Positions 47,219-55,695 of a stretch of DNA of 64,000 nucleotides are shown here, one piece after another. This DNA is from Candidatus Woesebacteria bacterium (GTDB lineage: Bacteria > Patescibacteriota > Microgenomatia > Woykebacterales > 2-01-FULL-43-14), in NCBI GenBank assembly GCA_020060105.1, contig JAGVAV010000002.1, positions 6,186 through 70,185 on the forward strand, written 5' to 3'. The position numbers and the translations under genes are program-made. The notes below the pieces were generated by a model. The model was not told where the DNA came from. It made no database searches and saw only the letters and a program-made list of their open reading frames with translations. Each line of letters opens with the position of its first letter. Within the stretch, counting starts at the first letter, position 1.

Positions 47219-48355
47219 TTAGGGAAGAACCGAAAGAGGGTTAACCGGAGCGCCGTTTTTCCTAACCTCAAAATGAAGATGCGGGCCAGTTGAACGTCCG
47301 GTAGATCCCATCGCGCCAACTGATTGTCCTTTGGACACATTCTGCCCCGCGTTAACGTATATTGCAGACAGGTGCGCATAAAGGGTTGTATAACCGTTTC
47401 CATGATCAACAATAACATGCCAACCGTACCCATACCAAAGCTTCTGCACACTAATTACCCGCCCGCTGTCTGCAGCCACGATAGCCGTCCCAGTATCGTT
47501 GGGAATATCAATGGCTCCCGGATGCCACCAAGACGCGTACTGACTAATCCCTTTGGATGTGGAAGTAGGCCAGCCAAAAATCCCGCTCCCACCTTTTGCT
47601 GGAGCAGATGGAACATTTCTAGAGGCATATTCAACAGGAACTGACTTTGGTTTTGGCGGGGCGGGAACCTCACCGTTGGGAATAACGACTTCCTGACCTA
47701 CTTTTAAGGAAAGGTCATCGCTAATATCATTAAAAGGAAAGTCTAAAACCGTTTGAGCATCAGCTGAATACTTTTTCGCAATCGAATCCAAAGTCTCACC
47801 AGACTTCACTTTATGGACCACACCCGTAACCGGGGGAATTTTTAGCTTATCGCCTGGAGAAATACTATCCACATCGCTTAAATCGTTTGCCCAATTAATA
47901 GTATCTATCGAAACGCTAAATTTTTCAGCAATCGCGCTTAAAGTATCTCCTGCCGCCACTTCGTATTCAATAATTTCTGCCCTTGGGCGATTAGTGGGAA
48001 TTTTTGTTTCAGAAGTTATCGAAGCGAAAAGAATATTACCAGAGTCAGCAACTAGATTCTCAGCAGTTACCTGTGAACGCCCAAAAACACTTCCGGTAAT
48101 AATGGCGAACAAAGATAAAATCACCACACCCCCGTGAGTAACTGGTCGATAAAGTTTACCTCTTCGCCACATTAATTTTTTTACCAACCAATCTTTCCCT
48201 TTTTCCAGCAAAAAAACTCCCCGAATCAACTTATTCCGAGAGTAAAAAAGTAAGCCAATATTTAAACTAACAAAGTCAATGATTAAATCTTTTAAATTAT
48301 TGAACCAAGAAGATTTATGATGTTCGCCAGCATCAAGAGGCGATACAGCGTCCAT
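47219..48355 (-). CDS. LysM-M23 peptidoglycan endopeptidase
   Basis: Two LysM repeats, HPGAID, YAHL, STGPHLHFE. Confidence 0.93.
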   Translation of the reverse strand: MDAVSPLDAGEHHKSSWFNNLKDLIIDFVSLNIGLLFYSRNKLIRGVFLLEKGKDWLVKKLMWRRGKLYRPVTHGGVVILSLFAIITGSVFGRSQVTAENLVADSGNILFASITSETKIPTNRPRAEIIEYEVAAGDTLSAIAEKFSVSIDTINWANDLSDVDSISPGDKLKIPPVTGVVHKVKSGETLDSIAKKYSADAQTVLDFPFNDISDDLSLKVGQEVVIPNGEVPAPPKPKSVPVEYASRNVPSAPAKGGSGIFGWPTSTSKGISQYASWWHPGAIDIPNDTGTAIVAADSGRVISVQKLWYGYGWHVIVDHGNGYTTLYAHLSAIYVNAGQNVSKGQSVGAMGSTGRSTGPHLHFEVRKNGAPVNPLSVLP

Positions 48356-48425
48356 TAGCCCTCCAAGTTTATCTCTCTTGTTGGCAATTCCTTAACTTAT
48401 TATAACATACGTAAACTAGGCGAGT

Positions 48426-49673
48426 TTAGGAGATTTCTTTGTGTAGAGTTTCGAGGAATTCCTTATTATTGCTCGTTCTTGATAAGCGATCAATTAATAA
48501 TTCTGTTCTTTCTAGTTCGTTTAGCGCTTCCAGCATCCGACGTAAGCGCCAGATTCGTTTAAGCTCGTCCTCATTAAATAGCAACTCTTCATTTCGAGTG
48601 CTTGATCTGCTGATATCGATAGAAGGAAATATCCGTCTCTCCGCAAGCGATCGGTCAAGGTGGAGCTCCATATTACCAGTCCCCTTAAACTCTTCGTAAA
48701 CCAAGTCATCCATTCTCGATCCGGTATCAACAAGAGCCGTTGCCAAAATAGTTAAAGAACCCCCTTCTTCAAAATTACGGGCGGCCCCAAAAAACCGCTT
48801 TGGAGGGTAAAGAGCTACCGGATCAAAACCCCCACTTAAAGTTCTTCCTGATGGGGGTAAGGATAAGTTATATGCTCTAGCCAAACGGGTAATAGAGTCA
48901 AGTAAAATAACCACGTCCCGCCCGGTTTCCACCAGCCTTTTCGCCCTTTCTAGGCCAACCTCCGCCACTCTAGTTTGACTTTCCGCCGGTTCATCAAAAT
49001 TAGAAGCTAGCACTTCTCCTTTAACATTCCTAGAGATATCCGTCACCTCTTCCGGACGTTCCCCAATCAGTATAGCCATTAAATGAACTTCTGGGTAATT
49101 ACTACTAATCCCACTGGCAATTTCTTTTAGTATCGTTGTTTTGCCTGCCTTAGGAGGAGAAACAATCATCCCCCGTTGCCCTAAACCCACGGGAGAAATA
49201 AGATCAATTATTCTGGTTGAAATGGGATTTTTAACAGTCTCTAATCTTAACTGTTTATTCGGGTAAACAGCAGTCAAATATTCAAATCTCGGCCTTTTCA
49301 TAGCCTTTTCGGGATCTAAACCATTCACCGCCTCAACCTTTAGCATGCCGTAATACCGCTCAGTCTCCTTAGGCGGACGAACTTGACCCGAAACCTGATC
49401 TCCCGGCCGAATGTCAAAACGCTTAATTTGGGATTGAGAAATATAGATATCGTTTGGACCTGGTGTAACCCCGCCAGCTCGCAGAAAACCGTAACCTTCC
49501 GCCATTACCTCTAAAACACCCGAACCTCGAGTAGCGGAAGTGTTTGTAGTCAACCCCCCTTCTAAGGAAGAGTTTTCCGACACGTTCATTGAACTTTTAG
49601 ATTCCTCTGCGGTGGAAGTTGGAACTGGCCTACTCTCCGGGGAACTACTTTCAGATTTTGTATTTTTTACCAT
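48426..49673 (-). CDS. rho: Transcription termination factor Rho
   Basis: [34 protein letters not shown]. Confidence 0.97.
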   Translation of the reverse strand: MVKNTKSESSSPESRPVPTSTAEESKSSMNVSENSSLEGGLTTNTSATRGSGVLEVMAEGYGFLRAGGVTPGPNDIYISQSQIKRFDIRPGDQVSGQVRPPKETERYYGMLKVEAVNGLDPEKAMKRPRFEYLTAVYPNKQLRLETVKNPISTRIIDLISPVGLGQRGMIVSPPKAGKTTILKEIASGISSNYPEVHLMAILIGERPEEVTDISRNVKGEVLASNFDEPAESQTRVAEVGLERAKRLVETGRDVVILLDSITRLARAYNLSLPPSGRTLSGGFDPVALYPPKRFFGAARNFEEGGSLTILATALVDTGSRMDDLVYEEFKGTGNMELHLDRSLAERRIFPSIDISRSSTRNEELLFNEDELKRIWRLRRMLEALNELERTELLIDRLSRTSNNKEFLETLHKEIS

Positions 49674-49765
49674 AGATTTCCTAAGAAACAAACTAATAGG
49701 GAAAAAGAAAGGATGGAACCTTTTATATTAGAACATAAAAGCCATAACCTTGTCAAGAGATAATT

Positions 49766-49829
49766 GTCTCAAGACAGGGATTTTGAAAATCCCTGTCTTG
49801 AGACCCGATTCGCCTCAAGTGAATCGGGT
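49766..49829. repeat. 39-bp perfect palindrome plus adjacent hairpin (possible terminator region)
   Basis: GTCTCAAGACAGGGATTTT-G-AAAATCCCTGTCTTGAGAC followed by ACCCGATTCGC/GTGAATCGGGT. Confidence 0.8.
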
Positions 49830-49838
49830 TACTCAAGC

Positions 49839-50984
49839 TTAGCCGAGAAACCTTCTTAAAGCCCAACCAAGGGGCGCTAAACCTGTTAATAAAAGCGTTG
49901 GAATACTTTCCGGACCGGCTTTTGGCAATTCTTTCACGACAACTTTTTCTACTTCCACTGGTTTTACGACAACTTTCTCTACAGGTTTTTCGACGACTTT
50001 CTCGACTACTTTTTCCACAGGCTTCTCAATTACTTTTTCGACTACTTTCACCCCCTGCGGCACTACGGCAACTACCTGAACTGCACTAATCTTCCACTCA
50101 GGGTGTTCGTCAGCCTTCATCCAAGCAACATTTTCTAGTATCTCACCATTCTTAACGTCGTCTTTAATCCTAACCCTAAACCTAATAACCCAATCTTTAT
50201 CCTGAAGAAGGTTCCCTAGATTCACCCCGTCTCTAAGCCAATCATCGGTAATGTTAATTGTTTCACCGTCACGAGTAGCCGTTGTCGAGCCGGAAATATA
50301 ATCTACTCTAAGAGGCTCACTACTATTTGAACGATCAAGATTTGGAAGGTAGTTGGCAACGTAGACGTGGTTTAAAGGAACATTACTCATGTTGCTAATC
50401 TTGATCGTATATTCCAACTCCTCTCCAGGTCTAACCGAACTCCTGTCGGCATAGGTAAATAGAGCCACAACTACTTTAGGAACTCTTACTTTAGTCGCCG
50501 CTACAGAACGCTCCCAATTAGGTAATTCATCAGTCTTCGCGTTTATAATCACCTGAACAAACTCCCCATCGGTCATATCGTTGTTCACTGTCGCCTCAAA
50601 AGTAATCGTTAAGGTCATCCCCGCAGCAAAAATTCCAAAGTTGTTTTCTTCACCCACCCAAGCTTCTGGTAAGGAATGAGTTACGTTATCAGTACTTCGA
50701 ACATATTGCCCCGAACCAGCAACATAAGTCGCACCTACCCACTGAGGAGAAACCTTCAAACTATTCATGGCAACTCCTCCCGTATTAGTAATTCTTGCGG
50801 TGTAGGTCAGTGTCTCACCCAAGTTGGCCCAACCTTTGTCAACCGTGTTTTCAACTGTAAAGGCAGGAGATGATTCAGCTTCAGTCAGGGACGAGGAAAC
50901 AAGGTTACTTCCGATAAACAGACTGCTAAAAGCCAAAACTACACTTAGAGATTTTGCAATTAATTTGTTAATCTTTTCTAACAT
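49839..50984 (-). CDS. Secreted DUF11-repeat surface protein with LPxAG sorting signal
   Basis: Signal peptide; two DUF11-like repeats (VDK..GETLTYT..TNTG; ADR..PGEELEYTI..SN); VEKVVEKP repeats; LPKAG plus hydrophobic segment plus RR. Confidence 0.85.
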   Translation of the reverse strand: MLEKINKLIAKSLSVVLAFSSLFIGSNLVSSSLTEAESSPAFTVENTVDKGWANLGETLTYTARITNTGGVAMNSLKVSPQWVGATYVAGSGQYVRSTDNVTHSLPEAWVGEENNFGIFAAGMTLTITFEATVNNDMTDGEFVQVIINAKTDELPNWERSVAATKVRVPKVVVALFTYADRSSVRPGEELEYTIKISNMSNVPLNHVYVANYLPNLDRSNSSEPLRVDYISGSTTATRDGETINITDDWLRDGVNLGNLLQDKDWVIRFRVRIKDDVKNGEILENVAWMKADEHPEWKISAVQVVAVVPQGVKVVEKVIEKPVEKVVEKVVEKPVEKVVVKPVEVEKVVVKELPKAGPESIPTLLLTGLAPLGWALRRFLG

Positions 50985-51112
50985 TTTTCACCTCCTTTCA
51001 GGCTCAGTTTAATAAAACACTGGTCGCTTTAGAGTCAAGCAAAATGGTTAAATAAACAAATTATGCAATAAGTTATTTACTTAACTATTTTAGTAACAAG
51101 TTGACAAGAAAG

Positions 51113-51149
51113 GAGGGAGAATGCTTACATTCAGCAAGCATTCCCCTCT
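51113..51149 (-). terminator. Hairpin terminator after the Pro-rich gene
   Basis: GAGGGAGAATGCTT/AAGCATTCCCCTC stem; T-rich tail on the minus strand. Confidence 0.6.
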
Positions 51150-51173
51150 ATTGACATCTCTCCTGTAACTTTA

Positions 51174-52673
51174 CTAAGGCAGAGGTGTGTTAGTTGGCCC
51201 GGGCACCGCTGTAGGCGGTGGTGGTGGCGGTACTCCAGGTGTAGGCGGAGGAACCGTCGGTTGGGCTGTTGCTACCTCTGTCGGCGACGGATTAGGAACC
51301 ACAGGCGTTTTCACCACCTTCGTCGGAGTGCGATTATCGCCTGGATTTCTCGGCGTTGGCGACGGTGGTGCAGTAGGGGTGTTTGTTGGCGCCGCCGGTA
51401 TTGGAGTGTGTGTTGGCGTCGGCACTCCCGGAGGCACCGGCGTCGGTGTAGCCGTTGGCCCCACTGGAGGCACCGGTGTCGGTGTTGGCCCCACTGGCGG
51501 CACCGGCGTGGAAGTTGGCGCGGCCGGAGGCGGCGGGGGCGGAGGTGGAGCAGTAGTTACATTGAAAAACTCCAACTGCTCGACCAATCCGGGTTTTAGG
51601 ACCGCCAGTTGGCGGGTTCCTTTAAGAACCGCCCGAAATCGCCCGGCGCCTAATTGGTTAACATCCTCGCTAACTTCGACCACAACCGAGGAACGGCCCT
51701 CGGCAAACCACTCCCGAGGAGCTTCAAAGATTACTTCCCCAGCGTCGCCCGTGACAACGAAGCGATCAAACCCAAGATCGGGGTCCACCGTCCTGATCCT
51801 AAATTGCCAACCGCTTCGTTGGACAAATTTTTGAACTCCATCCGGCGTTTCGTCAATGAACTTAGTCACTTTCAGAAACGCTTTCTCGACGGGGATGAGT
51901 AGGTTAACGCAATTCCCGTCCAGAAAAAACACTTGTCCGTTCTTGAGAGTCACCTTTACGCCGGACACCCCAATGAACGGTCTGCTTCCCGAAGCAACAC
52001 TTCCGTCACTTCGAACGAAGTTTGTCTGGAAGGAACCGCTAAGGGAAACGTCATCAACCTGAAGGATGTCCGTCGGGCTGACGAGGATCCCTTGACGACC
52101 TAAGCCACTCGCCACGGCCAAACTTCGATTGGCATAAGTCCGACTGTCGACCCCACCCTGGACGATGTCATCACCCCTCCTCTGAGGAGGCGGAGCCTCC
52201 AACGCCGCTAACTTTTGGTCAATGACGTAAGGTTCGCCTAAGACGAACCGGGTCCCCGGAGAATAGTCGGGATGGTAACCCTTGGCTGTAAACTCCACAA
52301 AACCCATCCCCGGGGGAACCTCAATCTCGTAGCGACCCCCAAGGATAGTTGTGGTGTACTGTTTCGGCGGTTGGACTGTCCCAACCGGGGCAATCCGGAC
52401 AGTTACTTCCCCATAAGGAATCCGGATTCCCTCCTCATCCACCACCTCCCCCCGAATCCTCACCTTGTCAGGGATTTTAGTTGGGGTCAGGGTCGGGGTC
52501 GGGGTAGTGGTACTCGTTGCGGTGAGGGTAGGAGTTGGAGGAACAACCGCTGTCGCGGTTGCCTCCGCCGGTCCCGTTCTCGTAAAGGGGTTGGCCCAAA
52601 ACCACCCCGCTAAAAAAAGGACGATCACTGCGACGGACAATAAGATGTTTCGACCACCTCGCCAGGTTCGCAC
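51174..52673 (-). CDS. Membrane-anchored/secreted Pro-Thr-rich protein with prealbumin/carboxypeptidase-regulatory-like beta domains
   Basis: GTG start at 52673 after AAGGAG; N-terminal TM; IRGEVVDEEG..GRYEI..AKGY; long PTxTP/PPPP tail; visibly GC-rich. Confidence 0.8.
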   Translation of the reverse strand: MRTWRGGRNILLSVAVIVLFLAGWFWANPFTRTGPAEATATAVVPPTPTLTATSTTTPTPTLTPTKIPDKVRIRGEVVDEEGIRIPYGEVTVRIAPVGTVQPPKQYTTTILGGRYEIEVPPGMGFVEFTAKGYHPDYSPGTRFVLGEPYVIDQKLAALEAPPPQRRGDDIVQGGVDSRTYANRSLAVASGLGRQGILVSPTDILQVDDVSLSGSFQTNFVRSDGSVASGSRPFIGVSGVKVTLKNGQVFFLDGNCVNLLIPVEKAFLKVTKFIDETPDGVQKFVQRSGWQFRIRTVDPDLGFDRFVVTGDAGEVIFEAPREWFAEGRSSVVVEVSEDVNQLGAGRFRAVLKGTRQLAVLKPGLVEQLEFFNVTTAPPPPPPPPAAPTSTPVPPVGPTPTPVPPVGPTATPTPVPPGVPTPTHTPIPAAPTNTPTAPPSPTPRNPGDNRTPTKVVKTPVVPNPSPTEVATAQPTVPPPTPGVPPPPPPTAVPGPTNTPLP

Positions 52674-52831
52674 GGCTCTCTCCTTTCTCTTTAAACTGTT
52701 AGGTACTTTCTCTCCCCTTTCCGAGGAAACCTTGTATCGGAACAAACTTTAACCCAAGTCAGACTCAAACTGCCTTAGGTTGAAGTTTTTTCTTCTACAC
52801 CTTCATCCATGAATACCGACTAATTACAAAA

Positions 52832-52987
52832 ACAAAAAAAGGCGGTTCATACCCGCCTTCTTATTTAGATCGAAACGTGCCAGTTCGAAAGTGATTTAAA
52901 CATCTATTTCTTAGCACCCAGTAAGAGTGTTACCCCAAACCAGATGCTAGGAAATAGACACTTTGCTTCCCTTTCTAGCACGAACTG
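52832..52987 (-). ncRNA. Candidate rod-shaped ncRNA (6S-like or attenuating leader) with terminator
   Basis: TTGACA-17-TATATT extended promoter; ~107-nt imperfect hairpin with many G-U pairs; AAGGCGG/CCGCCTT plus T run. Confidence 0.6.
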
Positions 52988-53046
52988 TAAGCAATATATC
53001 ATACTTTTGTTATAATGTCAACTAGATGTAATGTTATACTAATACA

Positions 53047-53170
53047 TCCGTCTTGATTTTTTATTAGTTTTCTGCTTATATAAACACAATAGGTACACCT
53101 GCTGTCCAGATGTACTTACAGCACCGCCATCGGCGTCCTTCTTCACTGGCCATGGTGGTGCTTCTTTTTA
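53047..53170 (+). ncRNA. Candidate small RNA divergent from the previous element
   Basis: TGnTATAAT and TGnTATACT upstream; AGGTACACCTG/CAGATGTACTT hairpin; AGCACCGCCAT/ATGGTGGTGCT plus TCTTTTT. Confidence 0.4.
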
Positions 53171-53385
53171 TCTAAATCCATTTATCCCAAGCGTCAACTA
53201 AATTTCGACTATCTTAGCATAAGGTCAATCGTTTGTCAAGTTTGTAAATCCTATAGCCATTGTCGACCCAAAAAATGTAGAAACCTATAATTATTTTAGC
53301 TTCAATTTTCGCCCTTTTATTAATTGTGGATAACTTGGGGAAATGTTTAACGGGAATAAAAACTTTCTTACAAGATGGGAAAAAA

Positions 53386-54276
53386 CTACCTAATTTGGAC
53401 AAAAATCATTCGTCCAGCAACTGTTTGCAGAACACGAGAGACTACTGTTTCGACCGTTTGACCAACGTACTTTGAACCGTTTTCCACGACAATCATCGTC
53501 CCGTCTGGCAAATAACCTACCCCCTGATCTTTTTCCTTACCCTCTTGAATAACCTTAACCGTCATCGTCTCCCCGGGTAAAACAACTGTCTTGACGGCAT
53601 TAGCCAGTTCGTTAACATTCAAGATTTTTACCCCGGAAATGGTCGCCACTTTATTTAGGTTGTAGTCTGTCGTAATAATCTTACCCTTTAAGCTTTTCGC
53701 AAGCCTTAAAAGTTTATCATCCGTGTCCTTAGTTTTTTGAATATCTTGATTAATGATCTCCACCTTTACGTTTTCTGACTTCTTCAAGACCTCCAGAACC
53801 TCAAAACCTCTTCGCCCCCGACCTCTTTTTAACTCGTCGCTCGAGTCAGCAATGTGCTGAAGTTCTGATAGAACAAACCGCGGGACAATTAAGGTCCCAC
53901 CTAGAAAACCCGTTGAGACAATGTCTGAAAGGCGACCATCGATAATTGCGCTGGTATCTAAAATCATAGGGTTATGGTACTTTCCGTTATTTCTTTTCGG
54001 AAGCATGACTCTTTTTCCTACATTAGGCAGATGAACCTGAGTAATCACTTCCGTGGCAACCTTCTTCGCTAGGTTTGTAGACCAATTCGCCACAGCCATT
54101 GAAACAATAGGAACCAAAAATACCCCAGCCACGCCAAAGATAATCGTCAACAAAATGTAAACCACGTAAGGCGTATCGAAAAGGTTTACTTGCGGAAGAA
54201 CTTGAGTTGAAAGTAAGTAACCTAAAAAGGCAAAAACCACACCCAAAACAGTTCGAACAACAACTTGAACAAGCAT
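53386..54276 (-). CDS. PIN/TRAM domain membrane protein (YacL-like)
   Basis: ILDTSAIIDGR, RGRRG, TTDYNLNKVA, GVGYLPDGTMIVVE; clpC-radA-yacL synteny. Confidence 0.94.
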   Translation of the reverse strand: MLVQVVVRTVLGVVFAFLGYLLSTQVLPQVNLFDTPYVVYILLTIIFGVAGVFLVPIVSMAVANWSTNLAKKVATEVITQVHLPNVGKRVMLPKRNNGKYHNPMILDTSAIIDGRLSDIVSTGFLGGTLIVPRFVLSELQHIADSSDELKRGRGRRGFEVLEVLKKSENVKVEIINQDIQKTKDTDDKLLRLAKSLKGKIITTDYNLNKVATISGVKILNVNELANAVKTVVLPGETMTVKVIQEGKEKDQGVGYLPDGTMIVVENGSKYVGQTVETVVSRVLQTVAGRMIFVQIR

Positions 54277-54345
54277 ATTGATAAGTCCTTCTAATATCCG
54301 CTAATTTCATTAAGCGGAATAAATCCAGTCTAAGATAAATCCGAT

Positions 54346-55659
54346 TTACTCACAAGCAATTTTAACGGCCTCGCTAATGGTTTTTACCTTATCGGGAGTA
54401 ATAAATCTTGTAAAGCCCAGCTTTTTCGACTCAGCAACTCGCTTTTCCATGTTTGCTACTCTTCTTATCTCCCCCAGCAAACCCACTTCCCCAATGGCTA
54501 CAGTTTTTGAGTCGATAACCTTTCCTAAAAAACTTGAGGCTATTGCCAGGCAAACCGCTAAATCTGCTGCAGGTTCAAATATTTTTAATCCCCCTGCTAC
54601 ATTAACAAATATGTCTTGGCTCTGCAAGTTCAGATTTGCTCGACGAGTTAAAACAGCAACAAGCAGTTGTAAACGATTATGATCTATTCCGGACCCTGTT
54701 CTTCGAGGCAAACCGAAATTAACTAAACTAGTTAAGGCTTGTATTTCCGTTAAAACGGATCTCGTCCCCTCCATGGTTGGGACGACCACAGAACCCGCGC
54801 CAACTTGACGCTCTTCTAGAAACAAGGCTGAAGGGTTATCCACCTCAAACAACCCTTTATCTGTCATTTCGAAAACACCGATTTCCGCGGTAGGGCCAAA
54901 CCTATTTTTTATCGACCTTAGTATCCGAAAAGAATGATATCTTTCTCCTTCCAAATACAGTACCGCATCAACCAAGTGCTCTAATACTTTTGGTCCAGCA
55001 ACCGATCCTTCCTTAGTCACGTGTCCAATTATAAAGATAGGCACTTGACAATCCTTTGCCAAACGATGCAGTCGACTAGAAGACTCTCTTACTTGCCCAA
55101 CACTCCCTGCCGCCCCTTCTAAGTCCGAAGTGATCATTGTTTGTATAGAATCCACCACCACAAGGTTATACTTTCCTCTTCTTACTAACTCGACAACTAA
55201 ATCAACGTTTGTCTCGGGAAGGATAAACACCCCTTCTAATGAATTTTTGACTCTTTCCGCCCTTACTTTCACTTGTTCGGCAGACTCTTCCCCCGACACG
55301 TAGAGCCCACCTATCTTGGCTACTGCCTGTAAAAGCAGAGTTGACTTGCCAATCCCAGGATCTCCCGCCACTAAAACTATTGATCCTGGAACAATCCCGA
55401 AACGGGAAGTCTCACCACCTAAAACACGATCAAACTCAGCCAAACCAGTTGAAATCCTCTCAATCGATATCTTTTTTACCTCACTTAGAAGTATCGGGGT
55501 GGAGTCAGACTTCCTTAATTCTTTATTACCCAAACTGTTAGGTAAACCCACCGTTTCAACCAAACTGCTCCAACTTTGGCAGTCTGGACATTTCCCCATC
55601 CAATTGGGTGATTGATAAGAACATTGCTGACAAATGTAGACAGATCTAGTTTTACCCAT
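54346..55659 (-). CDS. radA: DNA repair protein RadA/Sms
   Basis: Zn finger, GDPGIGKST, KNRFG, Lon-like C-terminus. Confidence 0.97.
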   Translation of the reverse strand: MGKTRSVYICQQCSYQSPNWMGKCPDCQSWSSLVETVGLPNSLGNKELRKSDSTPILLSEVKKISIERISTGLAEFDRVLGGETSRFGIVPGSIVLVAGDPGIGKSTLLLQAVAKIGGLYVSGEESAEQVKVRAERVKNSLEGVFILPETNVDLVVELVRRGKYNLVVVDSIQTMITSDLEGAAGSVGQVRESSSRLHRLAKDCQVPIFIIGHVTKEGSVAGPKVLEHLVDAVLYLEGERYHSFRILRSIKNRFGPTAEIGVFEMTDKGLFEVDNPSALFLEERQVGAGSVVVPTMEGTRSVLTEIQALTSLVNFGLPRRTGSGIDHNRLQLLVAVLTRRANLNLQSQDIFVNVAGGLKIFEPAADLAVCLAIASSFLGKVIDSKTVAIGEVGLLGEIRRVANMEKRVAESKKLGFTRFITPDKVKTISEAVKIACE

Positions 55660-55695
55660 CTTTAGAAAATAACCTTTAGGTGAAATCAAGCGCGT

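Noticed and set aside
49930-51545. Tandem nucleotide repeats considered as CRISPR or DGR repeats
   Set aside because: They are in-frame coding repeats with no spacers, cas genes, reverse transcriptase or adenine-specific TR/VR pair
51187-51834. 215-aa Gly/Val-rich + strand ORF
   Set aside because: Antisense mirror of the Pro/Thr codons of the real minus-strand gene
52955-52985. GGGAAGCAAAG resembling c-di-GMP-I, cobalamin or SRP motifs
   Set aside because: The other required conserved elements (GGCAAAC/GAAA P2, B12 box, apical GNRA with CAGG) are missing
53326-53334. Perfect DnaA box TGTGGATAA in an AT-rich intergenic region
   Set aside because: Single box (another lies inside topA) and no dnaA/dnaN nearby; insufficient to call oriC
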